A stretch of DNA of 64,000 nt from positions 63,798,001 through 63,862,000 of the forward strand of contig NC_135887.1 of the NCBI RefSeq assembly GCF_964194155.1, written 5' to 3'. Source of the stretch: Cetorhinus maximus. Taxonomy: Eukaryota. Shown in pieces: positions 62,598-64,000 of the stretch. The notes beneath the pieces were generated by a model. It was given only the letters and a program-made list of their open reading frames with translations, did no database searches and was not told where the DNA came from. Position 1 is the stretch's first letter, and the number at the start of each line of letters is the position of its first letter. The position numbers and the translations under genes are program-made.

Positions 62598-64000
62598 GGG
62601 GCAGAATTTTCTGTTTGACGTGCGGGGGGCGGGCCCCACATGTCAGCATGTAAAATGACGCGCAGTGACATTGGGCGAGCGTCCTAATGTCACCGCGCAC
62701 CATCGCGATATTTCGATGGGCGGGCGTGCGATGAAGTTCGATGCGTGCCCGCCATTAATTAACGGGCTAGTTAAGGCCCTTAATTCGTCAATCGACTGCG
62801 ATTTTCAGGTGCCCATGCGATCTTCGGGTCGGCGCACGGGCGCAATGGGCAGGCAGATAAGAGATTTTTCTATGAACCTCAGCCATGGGCGGGATAAGAG
62901 GGCCAAGTGGGCTCATCACTTTGCTTTGTGGGGTATTTATTGGAGAAAGTATTTTAAACTTGCCTGTGTGGACTGCAGCATCTAAAACAGCTGCTGACTC
63001 TGCCCTCCTGTTGGCCTCGATGACCTCGCGGTCGTCCTCTGGCCCGTGGAGCCTGTGCTGGGCTTGCCTGGGAGGGATCTGCCAGTTCCACAGCTGGCAT
63101 CACCCCAGTCGTCGCAGCCTCACCTGATGAAGCGGTCACTGGGAGAGGGGCGGAGGAGTTGTCGCCCTCACTCGGAGCGCCGTGTGAGGAGCCCACAGAT
63201 ACGACAGGCAGCTGCTGCACCAATGTGAGGTTGCCTCAGAGCTCCCTGCTCACCGTCGATGGATGGGCAACAAGCTGGGAAGCTTGAAGCCCACATCATT
63301 TCTCACATTGGCACTGACCAGCTGTGGCCACTGGCGCTGTGAGGGCTTGCAGGTCCGAGCGTAACCCCTGGAAGACCTGATTGTTCTCCTGGAGGCCCCT
63401 CTCCACAAGAGTCGCCACTCTCTCCATGGAGGAAGCATGATGCTCTGCCACGAGGCTCATTGCATCAGTGATGCTCTGCGTGGACTCCTCCGCCACGGAC
63501 ACCAAGCGAAGCACAGCGTCATGTATCACTCTCAGATGCTCCCGCACACCCGGCCGCTTTTCCTGCAGCTGCTGCGTTGCGGATGACTCCAGAGGCACAT
63601 CATCAGGCACCCACTGAACATCTGCCTGGTCCCCTACGGTCCTCTGACTGCTGGCGCCATCGGCACTCTCCGTTTCTGCCAGCTCCTCCAGTGATTGTGA
63701 AGTGCCCTCTCCACTGCGCCCAGGGACACTAGCCAATGTTCCAATGCCCACTGAGGTGCCAGTATCTGCGCTAGTGCCTGCCTCGCAGAAATGGTGTGAC
63801 ACAGGTAACACTTGAGGGCCCTCAGGTGTGAGAAGGGGCATTTGCAGTTCCTCCTGGCGGCCGTGCTCTGATGATGCTGAAATGAACAACAAGGACAGTG
63901 GATCAGTTAGCGTGCACACAGTGACACACTTCATCCCTTTTCCCCTGGCTCATTATGCGCTCAACCTTCCAGAACCTATGGAGACGAACATTGGTGGGGT
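62598..64000 (-). mobile_element. Probable PIF/Harbinger-type DNA transposon end with a spliced accessory-gene exon (runs off window)
   Basis: Abrupt CpG-rich segment beginning GGGGCAGAATTTT. Minus ORF 63296..63934 has a Ser/Glu-rich then coiled-coil-like region and a TTCATTTCAG acceptor near 63879. No transposase is visible in the window. Confidence 0.45.

Overview
Vertebrate genomic DNA, most likely from a shark or other cartilaginous fish (inferred from the repeat families: CR1 LINEs, Deu-SINEs, Penelope-like elements). The single host gene is an AP-2 adaptor complex alpha subunit (AP2A2-like) on the + strand. Coding exons 1-13 (8330..56974, 1785 nt, 595 codons) join in frame, and the gene continues past the window. 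Intron 11 has a GC donor, and the protein differs from my recalled human AP2A1/AP2A2 at many conserved positions. The rest is mostly transposable elements and minisatellites. These include many CR1 LINEs, RTE and L2-like LINE fragments, a degenerate Gypsy upstream, and a full-length Gmr1-type Gypsy (integrase before RT) inserted with a solo LTR inside a pogo transposon. There are also solo LTRs, a probable Harbinger and a tailless tRNA retrocopy. The most unusual signal is four Penelope-derived insertions carrying minimal hammerhead-ribozyme motifs, three of them as fold-back inverted pairs. Repeat boundaries without TSD support are approximate. No CRISPR array or prokaryotic system is present.
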